Made by a program: the position numbers and the translations under genes. The notes under the pieces were generated by a model, which had not been told where the DNA came from, ran no database searches, and worked only from the letters and a program-made list of their open reading frames with translations. A DNA stretch of 63,696 nucleotides, filler included, from Chiloscyllium plagiosum (lineage: Eukaryota), in NCBI RefSeq assembly GCF_004010195.1. It is 4 parts of 2 records of this genome, joined end to end, with 100 filler letters (N's around TTAATTAATTAA, not from the genome) between each part and the next. Parts side by side here need not be neighbours in the genome. Positions count along the whole stretch, not along the records: positions 1 to 27,087 come from NC_057714.1; 3 more parts are not named here. One strand, 5' to 3'. Positions 12,734 to 24,968 of this stretch are shown here, in pieces (within the stretch, counting starts at the first letter, position 1; each line of letters begins with the position of its first letter).

Positions 12734-12940
12734 TGATTTGGAGATGCCGGTGTTGGACTGGGGTGTACAAAGTTAAAAATCACACAACACCAGGTTATAG
12801 TCCAACGGGTTTAATGGGAAGCACACTAGCTTTCGGAGTGACGCCTCATCAGGTGGTGAAGGAGCGTCGCTCCGAAAGCTAGTGTGCTTCCAATTAAACC
12901 TGTTGGGCTATAACCTGGTGCTGTGCGATTTTTAACTTTG
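12734..12940. mobile_element. Inverted Penelope pLTR pair (family A)
   Basis: Arms at about 12769-12845 and 12863-12940 are reverse complements. Perfect 10-bp TSD ATTTAGGTTA at 12724-12733 and 12941-12950. Confidence 0.85.
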
Positions 12941-13399
12941 ATTTAGGTTAGGTATCCTTTATCCACATGTCTAAAATCAGAAAGTTAAAGGTCTTTTGAA
13001 AGTGGATCCAAACTGTTATCATATTGAGTTTAGGGTCTTTCAGAAAAAAATCTTTTGGTTGCATCTGAAAACCAAAACTATCCTTTGTCTGCAGCCAATT
13101 AGTTTTGAGATTTTCTGATAAAAGATTCCTGACTTGTAACCAGCTCACAAATTCTTCTACCAATTCTCCACTATTGGCCAAATGAAAGAAGAAGGTGAGG
13201 GTATGGAGTTATTAGAAGGAGATATAAAGATAGATAATGTTTTGATTTGAATTTGATTTTATTATAAGTGTGTTTTGCAATGGAAATGCAATAAAATACA
13301 GTCAAAACCTTTCATTTATTGCCACAAAGCACAATTTTGAATAAGTTAAGACTAAGGAAAAATGTAGATAGAGCTTGAAGAGAGTCTATCAGTCCTGAG

Positions 13400-13526
13400 G
13401 AGAAAGTGAGGACTGCAGATGCTGGAGATCAGAGCTGAAAATGTGTTTCTGGAAAAGTGCAGCAGGGCAGGCAGCATCCAAAGAACAGGAGAATCAACGT
13501 TTCGGGCATGAGCCCTTCTTCAGGAA
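13400..13526 (-). mobile_element. Penelope pLTR (family B) with hammerhead motif
   Basis: The reverse complement of 13492-13526 reads TTC-CTGAAGA-AGGGC-TCAT-GCCC-GAAACGTT-GATT. CAGTCCTGAG is repeated on both flanks. Confidence 0.75.
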
Positions 13527-14934
13527 GCTCTTCACCAGTCCTGAGCCAGGTTGTCATCAGCAGCAGCATCTGTGCAACCATCCCTCTGCCACCGTCTACA
13601 TCGGACCCAACCAACGCTGTTGGGCCCACCTCATTGATGTTGCCATGATGCCCTCCCAATGCTGCTTTGCTGCTGCCAGTGTTGGACCCAGCCAGCAGTA
13701 AATTGCTGATTCTCAGGTCCTATCCTTTGCCGCTGTCTCACTGACATCGCCTCTATCAATATAGCAGACTCTGCTGATTCCCGGTCCTGTCCTTGCTCTG
13801 GGAAAGTAAGTAGGGACTCACTCCTTTACACATTGGGCCCACTCGAGGTCCCTGTCCTGAGCACTTGCCGCTGCCGTCCAAGCTCAGGATAAGCTAAATA
13901 AGTAAGAAAGAAAAGAGACCGAGAAATAAAGGCAAAGAAAAAGAAAAGCGTTTGGATCAGAGGAAGTCTGCTGCCATCTTGAACCAAAAGGACCAAACTT
14001 AGCTCAGGAGCAAGGTTTTAAGAAGTGTCTAAAAAGCAAGGATGCTACAGGATATGGAGACAGACAGGGTGGTGGAGTTAGGATGCAGATCATCCATGAT
14101 CCCACTGAATGGCCTCTTCCAGTTCCTATATGTGCATGAAAGAAGCAAAAAGGCAGGAATTTCAGAGTTTAGGGCATAGGCAGCTGAAGGGCATCAGAGA
14201 TTCCAGAAAGTTGTGGACTGGAGAAGGCCAGAAGTAGCAAAGGGACAAAGCCATGGAAGGATTTGGACATGAGGATGAGAATGATCAAACTGACTGCAGT
14301 CCAACTTAGCCTTGCAGACTCACATAGGGTCAGGGCATCAAAAGTTGATTGAACAGTTTCTGGAGTTTCAAGCCGATGGTTTAGGAAGGTAGGGTTAGTG
14401 TAGTTCAAAGAGCTCTGATTGTGACATGTCTCTGGAATGTAGAAATGGAAAGGACAAGGGCCTTTCCAGTTTGAAATGTAACATGGTGAATGGTACCGTC
14501 AGACACAATGACAGCTCGTAAGGAACACAGGGACAACAGGAGGCCATTAAGCCCATCAGGCCTGTTACAACCATGATTAGCCTGTAATGGCATAAGACAA
14601 AGTGGGAATGTTTGCTGTGAAAGAGATGCAAAATGTGTGCAAAAGGATTTAGAAAATTCGTGTGACTGGACAAGATAGTGGCAAACTGAATAGAATGTGG
14701 AGAAATATTCTACTTTGATCGGAGTAATAGAAAAGTTGAATACTTTCAAAATCATGAGAGCCTGGGGAATTCTGGTATCTAGGTAGACATAAAGCCTGAC
14801 TCCTGATTGTTACATATGTTTGAACAGATCGAGTGAGACAAGAAGTGCCATCTTCAATGATGTTTGCACACAGCTACATGGAGGGCCCGATGAGAACATG
14901 ACATATCAAGAAGTTTTGAGGGAAAAAAAATAGA

Positions 14935-15810
14935 ATATTTGATCAGGAAATTTGGCATGTCCACAAGGACTCTTACCAATTTTTATAGAGACACCATAAA
15001 AAGCATCCTATTGAAATTCCTCACAGTGTGATACAGCAACTGCTCTGCCCAGGACCACAAGGAATTACAGAGAGTTGTGAACACAGCCCAGTCCATCACA
15101 CAAACCAACCCTTCATCCATTGACTCCGTCTACACTTCCCACTGCCTCGGGAAAGCATCATCAAAGACCCCTCCCACCCCAGTTATATTCTCTTCCACCC
15201 TCTTCAATCGGGCAGAAGATATAAAAGTTTGTATACACAAGGAAGTGGTGGAGGCTGGTACAATTGCAACAGTTAAGAGGCATTTGGATGGGTATATGAA
15301 TAGGAAGGGTTTGGAGGGTTATGGGCCGAGTGCTGGCAGGTGGGACTAGATTGGGTTGGGATATCTGGTCGGCATGGACGGGTTGGATCGAAGAGTCTGT
15401 ACATCTCTATGACTCTATAACTCTACATGAATAGAATTCAAGAACAGCTTCTTGCCCACTGTTATTAGACTTCTGACTGGACCTCTCAAATTTTAAATTT
15501 AATATTGCGCTCGCTCTCAGTGCACCTTCTCTGCGGCTGTAACAATGTATTCCTTGCTCTGTTCAATCACCCTGTGATCTTTGTCTGGTATGATCTACCT
15601 GCACTGCATACAAACCAAGACTTTTCACTGTACCTAGGTACATGTGACAATAAAAAGTCCTGATGAAGGGCTTTTGCCCGAAACATCGATTTTCCTGCTC
15701 CTTGGATGCTGCCTGAACTGCTGTGCTTTTCCAGCACCACTCTAATCTAGATTCTGGTTTCCAGCATCTGCAGTCATTGCTTTTACCTAATAATAAGTCA
15801 AATCAAATCA
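14935..15810 (+). mobile_element. Rex1/Babar-clade LINE 3' part, interrupted by a HER1 3' end (15241-15425) and a Penelope pLTR (15658-15788)
   Basis: Remnant translation KFGMSTRTLTNFYR...CSAQDHKELQRVVNTAQSITQTNPSSIDSVYTSHCLGKA resembles the Rex1 C-terminus. It ends in an (AAATC)n tail. Confidence 0.7.
15657..15690 (+). ncRNA. Minimal type-I hammerhead ribozyme motif (Penelope pLTR family B)
   Basis: CTGATGA (15660-15666), stem II GGGC-TTTT-GCCC, GAAA (15680-15683), then CATC. The ACGT palindrome has become ACAT by CpG decay. Confidence 0.55.
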
Positions 15811-16245
15811 AGAAGATACAAAAGTTTGAAAATACTTGCCAACGGAGTTAAGAACAGCTCCTTTCCTGCTGTTATCAGACTTTTGAATGTACGTCTCATA
15901 TATTAGAGTTGAGGAAGTGGTGGAGGCTGATACAATTACAGTATTTAAAAGGTACCTGGATGAGTATATGAATAGGAAGGGTTTAGAGAAATATTGGCAA
16001 ATGGGACTAGATTAATTTAGGATATCTGGTCAGCATGGATGAGTTGGGTCTGTTTTCATGCTGTACATCTGTATGACTCTATGATCTTTCTCTGCACCTT
16101 CTCTGGAGCTGTAAAACTATACTCTGCGTTCTGTTCTATTACCCTGATGTACTTATGTAGGGTACGATATTTTGGTTAGCACGCAAAACAATACTTTTCA
16201 CTGTATCTCGGTACATGTGACAATAACAAATCAAATCAATCAATT
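15811..16245 (+). mobile_element. Second Rex1/Babar-type 3' end, interrupted by a HER1 3' end (15911-16083)
   Basis: Homologous to 15215-15650, ending TACATGTGACAATAACAAATCAAATC. Confidence 0.65.
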
Positions 16246-16699
16246 AAATATTTGAAACTGTACACCAGTTTGAGCTGAAGGAAATCTTGAAGAAATTCAG
16301 TAGCTTGAACTACCTGGAGGTGCTGGTAGCAGAAAACTGAAGCATGGCAATGGGAAATCAGCATCGGATTTACTCTGGTAATTGGAGTAATTGGAAAAGG
16401 AACGGTGGAGTGTTAAGTGATTGAAAAGGATCACTGGAACTGAGAGGAAGAATCTCCATGAGAGTTGTGAGACCACCCTCATTCTATTATACAGAAACCT
16501 GGGCAATAGCAGGAAGGTACTGATGAGACGTGGATGCTGAGAATCAAGAAAGACAAAATCAGGGAGCAGTGTATCAGGGGATCAGTGAGATTGTGGGAGC
16601 ATTGAAGGTAGTAGCTGATAGGAGATTGAAATGTACAGTCATCTGTAACAGAGAGAGAGAGAGAAAATGCAATGAGGTAAGTGATGATTGGAACTACCA

Positions 16700-19443
16700 G
16701 GAAGAAAACACCACCATTACCATCCCTGGATAAGTGCTGTTCCACCGGCAGGACAAATTGAGTAGAGGTAGCAGCACAGTGGGATACAGTCGGGAGGGAG
16801 TTGCTCTGGGACTCCTCAGCATTGACTCCAGACCCTATCAAGTCTAACGGCTTTAGGTTAAACATGGGCAAGGAAGCCCCCTGCTGATTACCACACACTG
16901 TCCTCCCTCGGTCGATGAACACTTGGAAGAAAAACTGAGGTGGCAAGGACACAGAATGTACTCTGGGTGTGGGGGATTTCAATGTCCAGCACCAAGAGTA
17001 GCTCAGCAGCAGCGTTACTGATCGAGCTGGTCAGGTCCTTGTGTAGATGAAGTCCCGCCTTCACATTGAGAATACCCTGTGTCATGTTGTGTGGCACTAT
17101 CTCCATGCTAAATGGGACAGACTTTGAACAGATCTCGCAGGTCAAGACTCAGCATCCATATGGGCTGTGGGCCATCAACATCAGCAGAATTGTACTCCAG
17201 CACAATCTGTAACCTCATGGCACGGCATATACCCCACTCAACCATTACCATCACGCCAGGGGGTCAACCCTGGTTCAATGAGTTGCAGGAGCGCATGCCA
17301 GGAGCAGCACCAGGCATCCCTGAAGATGAGGTGTCAACCTGGTGAAGCCCCCAAACAGCAGAAGCAACAAGTGATAGACAAAGCTAAGTGATCCCACCAC
17401 CAATTGATCTGATCTAAGCTCTGCAGTCCTGCCACATCCAGTTGTGAATGATGTTGGATGACTAAACAACTCACTGGAGGAGGAGGCTCCACAAATATCC
17501 CCCTCCTCAATGATGGAAGGGCCCAGCACATCGGAGCAAAAGATAAGGCTGAAGCTTTCCCAGCAACCTTCAGCCAGGAGTGCTGAGGGGATGGTCCATC
17601 TCGGCCTCCCCCAGTGGTCCCCAGCATCACAGATCCCAGTCTTCAGCCAATTCCATTCACTCCACGTTATATCAAGGAACGGTTGGAGACACTAGATACT
17701 GCAAAGGCTATGGGCCCTGACAATATTCCGGCAATAGTACTGAAGACTTGGGATCCGGAACTTGCCGCTCCCCTAACCAAGCTGTTCCAGTACAGTTACA
17801 ACACTGGCATCTACCCCAAAATTCATAGATACATAGAATCCCTACAGTGTGGAAACAAGCCATTTGGCCCAACAAGTACACGCAGACCCTCCAAAGAGTA
17901 ACCTACCCAGACCCACTCCGCTATCCTATATTTACCTCTGACTAATGCACCTAACCTACTCATTCCTGAACACTATGGGCAATTTAGCATGGCCAATTCA
18001 CCTAACTTGCACATCTTTGGATTGTGGGAGGAAACCAGAGCACCCGGAGGAAACCCACACAGACATGGGGAGAATTGCCCAGGTATATCTTGTACATAAA
18101 AAGCAGGGCAAGTCCAACCCAACCAGTTACCGCCCCATCAGTCTACTCTCGAACATCAGTAAAGTGATGGAAATTGTCACCAAAAGGGCAATCAAGCAGC
18201 ACCTGCTCAGCAATGACCTGCTCAGTGATGCCCAGTTTGGGTTCCGCCAGGGTCACTCAGCTCCTGGCCTCATTACAGCCTTGGGTCAAACATGGACAAA
18301 AGAGCTGAACTCCAGAGGGGAGGGGAGAGTGACAGCCCTTGACATCAAGGCTGCATTTGATCGATTTGGCATCAAGGAGCTCTAGAAAAACTAAAATCAA
18401 TGGGTATCGGGCAAACTCTCTGCTGGTTGAAGTCAAATCTAGCTCATAGGAAGATGGACGTGGTTGTTGGAGGTCAGTCATCTCAGTTCCAGGACATCTC
18501 TGCAGGAGTCCCTCAGGGGAGTGTCCTAGGCCAACCATCTTCAGCTGTTTTGTTATCGACCTTTCCTCCATCAAAAGGTCAGATGTGGGGATGTTCGCCG
18601 ATGATTACACAATATTCAGCACCATTCATGATTCCTCAGATACTGAAGCAGTTCATGTTCAAATATAACAAGATCTGGACAATATTCAGGCTTGGGCTGA
18701 CAAGTGGCAAGTAACATTCACAACACACAAATGCCAGGCTATGACCATCACTAATAAGACACAATCACCTTGACATTCAATGGCATAACATCATTGAATA
18801 CATCGCCATCCACATCTTGGGAGTTGTCATTGACTATAAACTCAACTGGACTCATCACATAAATGCAGTGGCTATAACAGGATACTAGGAATACTGTGGC
18901 GTGTATCCTGACTCTCCAAATCCTGTCCACCATCTACAAGGTACAAGTCAGGAGTGTGATGGAGTACTCCCCACTTGCCTGGATGGGTGCAGCTCCAGTA
19001 ACACTCAAGAAGCTCAACATTATTCAGAGCAAAGCAGCCCACTTGATTGGCACCACATCCACAACCATCCACTCCCTCTACCACCAGTGCTCAGCAGGAG
19101 CACTCTGTACCATCTACAAGATGCACTGCAGGACTTCACCAAAAATCCTCAGTCAGCATCTTCCAAACCAAAGGGGAACAGATACATAGGAACACCACCA
19201 GCTGCAAGTTGCCCTCCATGCCCTCACCATTTCGACTTGGAAATATATTACGTTCCTTCACTGTTGCTGAGTCAAAATCCTGGAATTCCCTCCCTAAGGG
19301 CATTGTGGATCAACCCATAGCACATGGACTGCAGCGGTTCAAGAAGGCAGCTCACCCCCAGGTTCTCAAGGGGGCAACTAGGAACAGGCAATAAATGCTG
19401 GCCGAGCCATTGACACCAATGTCCCGTGAATGAATAAAAAAAT
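16700..19443 (+). mobile_element. Second non-LTR family, long ORF2 relic (APE to RT to 3' poly-A end)
   Basis: Fragments AMGPDNIPAIVLK, YRPISLLSNISKVME...QFGFRQGHSAP...[19 protein letters not shown] and LSTIYKVQVRSVMEYSPLAW. It ends GAATGAATAAAAAAA. A HE1 fragment is inserted at about 17825-18072 (-). Confidence 0.9.
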
Positions 19444-19455
19444 CAGAAGGAAGGC

Positions 19456-19746
19456 AAGTGGTTAGCACTGCTGCCTCACAGCGCCAGAGACCCGGGTTCA
19501 ATTCCCGCCTCAGGCGACTGACTGTGTGGAGTTTGCACATTCTCCCCGTGTCTGCGTGAGTTTCCTCCGGGTGCTCCGGTTTCCTCCCACAGTCCAGGTC
19601 AGGTGAATTGGCCATGCTAAAATTGCCTGTAGTGTTCAGTGAAGGGGTAAATGTATGGGTGGGCTGCGCTTCGGTGGGTCGGTGTGGACTTGTTGGGCCG
19701 AAGGGCCTGTTTCCACACTGTAAGTAATCTAATCTAATCTAATCTA
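19456..19746 (+). mobile_element. HE1-type SINE
   Basis: A and B boxes, V-domain and a (CTAAT)n tail. Confidence 0.92.
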
Positions 19747-20559
19747 GTAAAAGCAAAATACTGTGGATGCTGGAAATCTGAAACAGACAATGCTGGAGAA
19801 ACTCAGTAATTCAGGCAGAATCAGTGGAGAGAGAAAAACAAAGGTAAGAGTCTGATATGACTTCTGCTTAACTGGGTGGTAATACTACAGGGAAAGATGT
19901 GATAATCAGAAACTGACCTATAGTGGGATTGGAAGGGGAATGGCTGACTGGCAGAAGGAGATGTTGAAGCATTGGGACACTCCAGGTAAAACAAGAGAAG
20001 ACAAGAGAAGCAATTGTACATGATGTAAAGAAGTAGTTGGTAGTTAGAGTAGTTAGAAACAGAAATGGAATATTAGCTTTTATTACAAAAGAGTTAAAAG
20101 TAAAGAAAATCATTTAAAAATCAAAAAAAATTAGTATGGTCGCGGTGAGACCACATCTGGAGCGGTGTCTCCTTACGTCAGAATTTACCAAGTTTTCATA
20201 CAGCAAGTCTAACAAAGGTTAATTCCTGCAGTGAGGTGATGATGTTGTAAGGATAGACTGAGTCGACTCGGCCAATATTCAGAAGAATGCTGAGGAGGCA
20301 GGGAGAGTTGTTGCTGAGACCTCCAGTGGCAGAAGGAAGTGGGAGAATGGAGAATAGAAAGATATTTTAACCATGTCTAGGGAAAATGCCCCTCCAGCCA
20401 ACACTTGGTATCAGACAAGAAGCTTTTATTTATTCTGTACCAGATCACAGGCGGTGATTGGAATTAAAAGGCTTCATTAACTGCTACCATGTAGCATAGC
20501 CCCATCTGGTGGCTATAGGAGCAATTAGCCTGAGGTCTGAGATGGAGAAATGCTTTTCT

Positions 20560-20850
20560 TTCATACTTAGGATGTGGGTATTATTGTCAATCTACTGCCC
20601 GTCTCTAGTTGCCCTTATGAAGGTGGTGGTGAGCTGCCTTCTTGATCTGCTGTAGTCTGTGTGCTGTAGGGACATTCACAATTCTGTTAGGGAGGGAGTT
20701 CCATTTTGACCCAGTGACACTGAGGGAATGACAATATATATCCAAACTGAGATGGTATGTGGTTTGGAGGAATAATTGGAGATGACCCAATGTATCCACT
20801 GCGGCTTGTCCTGAGTAATGGAGATGATGGGTTTGGGAGGCGTTGCTTAG
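20560..20850 (-). mobile_element. 3' end of the second non-LTR family
   Basis: Reverse complement of 19200-19430 (AAGAAGGCAGCTCACCACCACCTT). Confidence 0.7.
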
Positions 20851-21180
20851 TAAGTTTATTCATGCTGGACGGAAGAGTCTATGAGGAGGCTGAATGTTCA
20901 CCATTATCGCTCATACTGTACTGACTGACCTGATTGAGTTTTTGGAACAAGTAACAGAGAGGTGTATGAGTGCTGTGTGGTCGATGTGATGGCTATGGAC
21001 TTTCAAAACCTGTTGGATAAAGTGTTGCCTACTATACTTGTTAAAAAAACTAAGAGGATAGAGATGGAGGAAAGCAAACAATATAAAACAGAGAACATCG
21101 AGATGTGTGATAATGGTTATTCAAAGTCATTGATCTTTCACTAGAACTGGTAAAACTTAAAGATATAATGGGTCAGTAAA

Positions 21181-21371
21181 TAAGTTAGCTCGCTGAGCTG
21201 GAAGGTTTATTTTCAGATGTTTCGATACCATGACGCGGTAACATCATCAGTGAGAATCTCTGGTGAAGCCTTGGTGGAATGTCCCAGACCAGAGACTCTC
21301 ACTGATGATATTACCTTGTCATGGTGACGAAACGTCTGAAAACAAACCTTCCAGCTTAGCAAGCTAACTTA
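21181..21371. mobile_element. Inverted Penelope-like pLTR pair (family C) with hammerhead motifs on both strands
   Basis: 21181-21264 is the reverse complement of about 21288-21371. The plus-strand motif is TCA-CTGATGA-TATTACC-TTGTCAT-GGTGAC-GAAACGTC-TGA. Confidence 0.8.
21299..21339 (+). ncRNA. Minimal type-I hammerhead ribozyme motif
   Basis: Helix I TCA/TGA, core CTGATGA at 21302-21308, stem II TTACC/GGTGA, GAAA at 21329-21332, palindromic ACGT helix III and a GUC cleavage triplet ending at 21336. Confidence 0.7.
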
Positions 21372-22062
21372 ATACTTATCATCAATCTGAGCTATAAATC
21401 TTCTCAAAAATTGCTAATAGGTCATCATCAAACTGAAACATTAACTCTGTTTCTTTCTCCACCGGTACTGCCAGCTGTGCAGAGTGGTTCCCAGCATATC
21501 CCTATAGTATAATGCCTTTGTTTGCAGTTTTTTTAACGAGGGATGAAGGTTTACAGTAACATGGAGAGACTGGAGAAACTGTGGTTTATCTCCTTAAACA
21601 GAAAGGTAAGGGCAGATTCAATGGATAAAACTAAGATTCCAATGAGACTCTAATAGACATGGCTGGAGGAGTGCCTTGTTCTTCTCTGGTCTCACTCTTA
21701 CAATGGAGTATTTACCCAGCTACCAAAATAACCAATTTTATACCCTCTCTATATTCGGTTCAGAAAATAAAGGTCCATCAACTGGTACCTTTAATAAAGA
21801 AAATTGATTTTAAAAAACTCTTCAACATTGGTTAACCCAGTTTGTAATATGAAAGTTCAAGTATTTACTAAATACTAAATACTAAATAAAATCCAAAACA
21901 CACACAGGCAGAAAGAAAATAAATGATTTCCTTTGCAGAGATTGGCTTGGGAAATAAATGCTTTGGCTAATAATTGTTCGGTCTCAAAGGAAAAAAGACT
22001 AAAGCATGAAATTTTCAAGATTGCTTTTGGTTAGCATCCTGACGCATGTCAATGTGTGTCTA

Positions 22063-22252
22063 CAAAGTCAGAAGTCACATGACATAGTCTAACAGGTTCA
22101 TTTGAAATCACGAGCTTTTGGAGCACTGCCCCTTCATCAAGTGACAAAGGAACTCTGAAAGCTTGTGATTTCAAATAAACCTGTTGGACCATAACCTGGT
22201 GTCGTGTGGTTTCTGACTTTGTCCACCCAAGTCCAACACCAGCAACTCCATA
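22063..22252. mobile_element. Degenerate inverted Penelope pLTR pair (family A-like)
   Basis: Arms ACAAAGTCAGAAG...TTTGAAATCAC and GTGATTTCAAA...TTCTGACTTTGT, flanked by TGTGTCTAC direct repeats. Confidence 0.65.
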
Positions 22253-22666
22253 TTATGTGTCTACGAACACAGACAGTTGTCTCTGAGACCTCTGCAGGTG
22301 CAGTGCACTCAGGAATTATTGAGAAGAACACTTACAAGACATTTTTTTTCAGAGAATAGTATAATCAGAATTTAAGTTCTCACACTGACTTCACAACTAG
22401 GATTCCTCCGAAAGACAGGATTGGGTGGGTCGTTTCTTTCTCTCGGTAGGCTGAACTCCAAACAATCACCAAAACAAAGCCATAAACCTCAGTCAGGTCA
22501 TTTCCAATAAATAGATCCAAACAATTAGCTAAAGCCATGTAATCTTGATGAAGGAGAGATATTAAATGAATATTTAATGTCAGTTTTTATTGTGGTGAAA
22601 GAAATGGAGGCTAAAGAACTCAGTGAAATAAATATTGATATTTTGAAGATAGTACACATTAAGGAA

Positions 22667-23772
22667 CTATAATGACCTCCTCAGGAGACAGACACGTGCT
22701 GCAACTGACAGAGTACCCTTCGTTGTTCAGTACTTCCCAGGGGCTGAAAAATTACGCCATGTTCTTCGTGACCTGCAACACATTATCAATGAGGATGAGC
22801 ACCTCACCAAGACCTTCCCCACACCTCCACTACTTGCCTTTAAACAACCCCCAAACCTCAAACAGATCATTGTTCGTAGCAAACTGCCCGGCTCTCAGGA
22901 CAACTCCATACAACCCTCTCACCGTGGACGCTGCAAAACGTGTCAGATTGTGGACATAGATACCACCATTACNNNNNNNNNNNNNNNNNNNNNNNNNNNN
23001 NNNNNNNNNNNNNNNNNNNNNNNNNNNNNNNNNNNNNNNNNNNNNNNNNNNNNNNNNNNNNNNNNNNNNNNNNNNNNNNNNNNNNNNNNNNNNNNNNNNN
23101 NNNNNNNNNNNNNNNNNNNNNNNNNNNNNNNNNNNNNNNNNNNNNNNNNNNNNNNNNNNNNNNNNNNNNNNNNNNNNNNNNNNNNNNNNNNACACACACA
23201 CATACACTTTCTCACACTCACAACCCCCACCCCAGACAGAGACACACACACAGACAGACAAAGACCCACATGCACACATATATTTTGTGTGGTGAATTTG
23301 TACTTGCAGAGTTACATTGCACTTTGCTCAAAAACTGCATACATTCATGTAGAACTCTGAGCTCAAAAACTGCATGAATTTATGTAAAACTCTGTTATCT
23401 CACTTTTTAGATTAGAATCAATCTAAACATCAGGTCATAGACAGAGAACACAGGGGGCTAACACTTTCAACATATTGTCTAGCTATCACCATTGTTAACA
23501 GCTAACCCGAGAATGCAACTTTAAAAAAAAAGGGTTTTGCGATTTACACATGAAAGAAGTGAAACTATTACTGTATTCTAACAGATGAAAGGCTTAACAG
23601 ACAATCAATTTTTCAATGTATAATTTCAGTTACATCACACTGCAAATTTTTGTTATAAATTCTGTGTTACGATCAAGCCCTCCACAATCACCTGATGAAT
23701 GAGCGTCGCTCCGAAAGCTACTGTGCTTCCAATTAAACCTGTTGGACTATAACCTGGTGTTGTGCGATTTTT
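22667..23772 (+). mobile_element. 5'-truncated Penelope-like element (family A) with pLTR
   Basis: 12-bp TSD CACATTAAGGAA at 22655-22666 and 23773-23784. ORF remnant RVPFVVQYF...LQHIINEDEHLTKTFPTPPLLAFKQPPNLKQIIVRSKL. Hammerhead-like CAC-CTGATGA-ATGAGC-GTC-GCTCC-GAAAGCTA at 23689-23720. Contains an assembly gap. Confidence 0.85.
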
Positions 23773-24869
23773 CACATTAAGGAAGAGCAAGTGCTGGAGG
23801 TCTTAGAAAACATAAAGATGGATAAATCTCTGGGATCTGATCAAGTGTATTGCAGGGTATTGTGGGAAGTGAGGGAGAAAATTGAGAGGCCCCTAGCAGA
23901 GTAATTTGTATCATGTATAACCATGGGTAAGGTTCCAGATAATTGAAGAGTGGCTAGTTTTATACCTTTGTGTAAAAAGGGATGCAAATGAGGCCTGGGA
24001 ACTATGGACCTGTGGGTCTGACTTCAGTGGTAGGTAAGTTGTTGGAGGAAAAATAAGATTTACATGCATTTGGAGAGGCAAGGAATGATTAGGGACAGTT
24101 AGCATGGTATTGTGCGAGATTGTGTCTTACAAACTTGATTTGAGTTTTTTGAGGAAGTAACCAAGAAAATTAATGAGGGCAAAATGGTGGACATTGTTGA
24201 CTTGAACTTCAGTAAAGCCTTTGGCAAAGTTCTGCATGGTGGACTAATTAGTAAAGTTAGATCACATGGGATTCAGGGCGAGTTTGCCAATTGGATACAA
24301 AATTGGATTGACAGTAGGAGACAGAGAGTGGTGTTGGAGGGCTGTTTCTCGGACTGGAGGCCTGTCACCAGTGGTGTTCAACAGGGAATGGTGCTTAGTT
24401 CACTCTTGTTTGTCTTTTTTATTATTGATTTAGATGAGAATATAGAAGGTATGGTTAGTAAGTTTGTGGATGACACTGAAATTGATGATGGATAATGAAA
24501 AAGCTTATCTAAGATTACAAATGGATATTAATCAATTGGGTCAATGCACTGAGGAGTGGCAAATGGAGTTTAATTTGGATAAATGTGAGGTATTGCATTT
24601 TCAAAAACAAACAACAGCAGGACTTATACGGTTAATAGTACAGCCTTAGATAGTGTTGTAGAACAGAGAGACCTAGGGGTTCAAGTACGTAACTCCTTGA
24701 ATTTGCATCACATATAGACCAGGTGGTTAAGAAGGCATTTAGCACGCTGGCCTTCATTGTTCAGACCTTTAAGTACAGGAGTTGGGACATCACAGTGAGG
24801 TTGTACAGGATGTTAGTGAGGTTTCTTCTGGGGTACTGTGTACAGTTCTGGTCACTCTGTTATAGGAAG

Positions 24870-24968
24870 CCATGACAATCACCTGATGAAGGAGCAGCAC
24901 TCCGAAAGCTTGGGGCTTCCAAATAAAACTGTTGGACTATAACCTGGTGCAGTGTGATTTTTAACTTT
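24870..24968 (+). mobile_element. Solo Penelope pLTR (family A) with hammerhead motif
   Basis: CTGATGA at 24883-24889, AGGAGCAGCACTCC, GAAA at 24904-24907. Flanked by TGTTATAGGAAG / TGTTACAGGAAG. Confidence 0.75.

Noticed and set aside
13240..13985. Possible non-autonomous Rex1-like element on the minus strand (AAGATGGCAGCAG start, AAATC tail)
   Set aside because: Only the termini are suggestive, and there is no second full copy or TSD to support it.
22830..23377. ORFs spanning N runs (also 27349-28321 and 48346-48874)
   Set aside because: Their length comes from untranslatable gaps.
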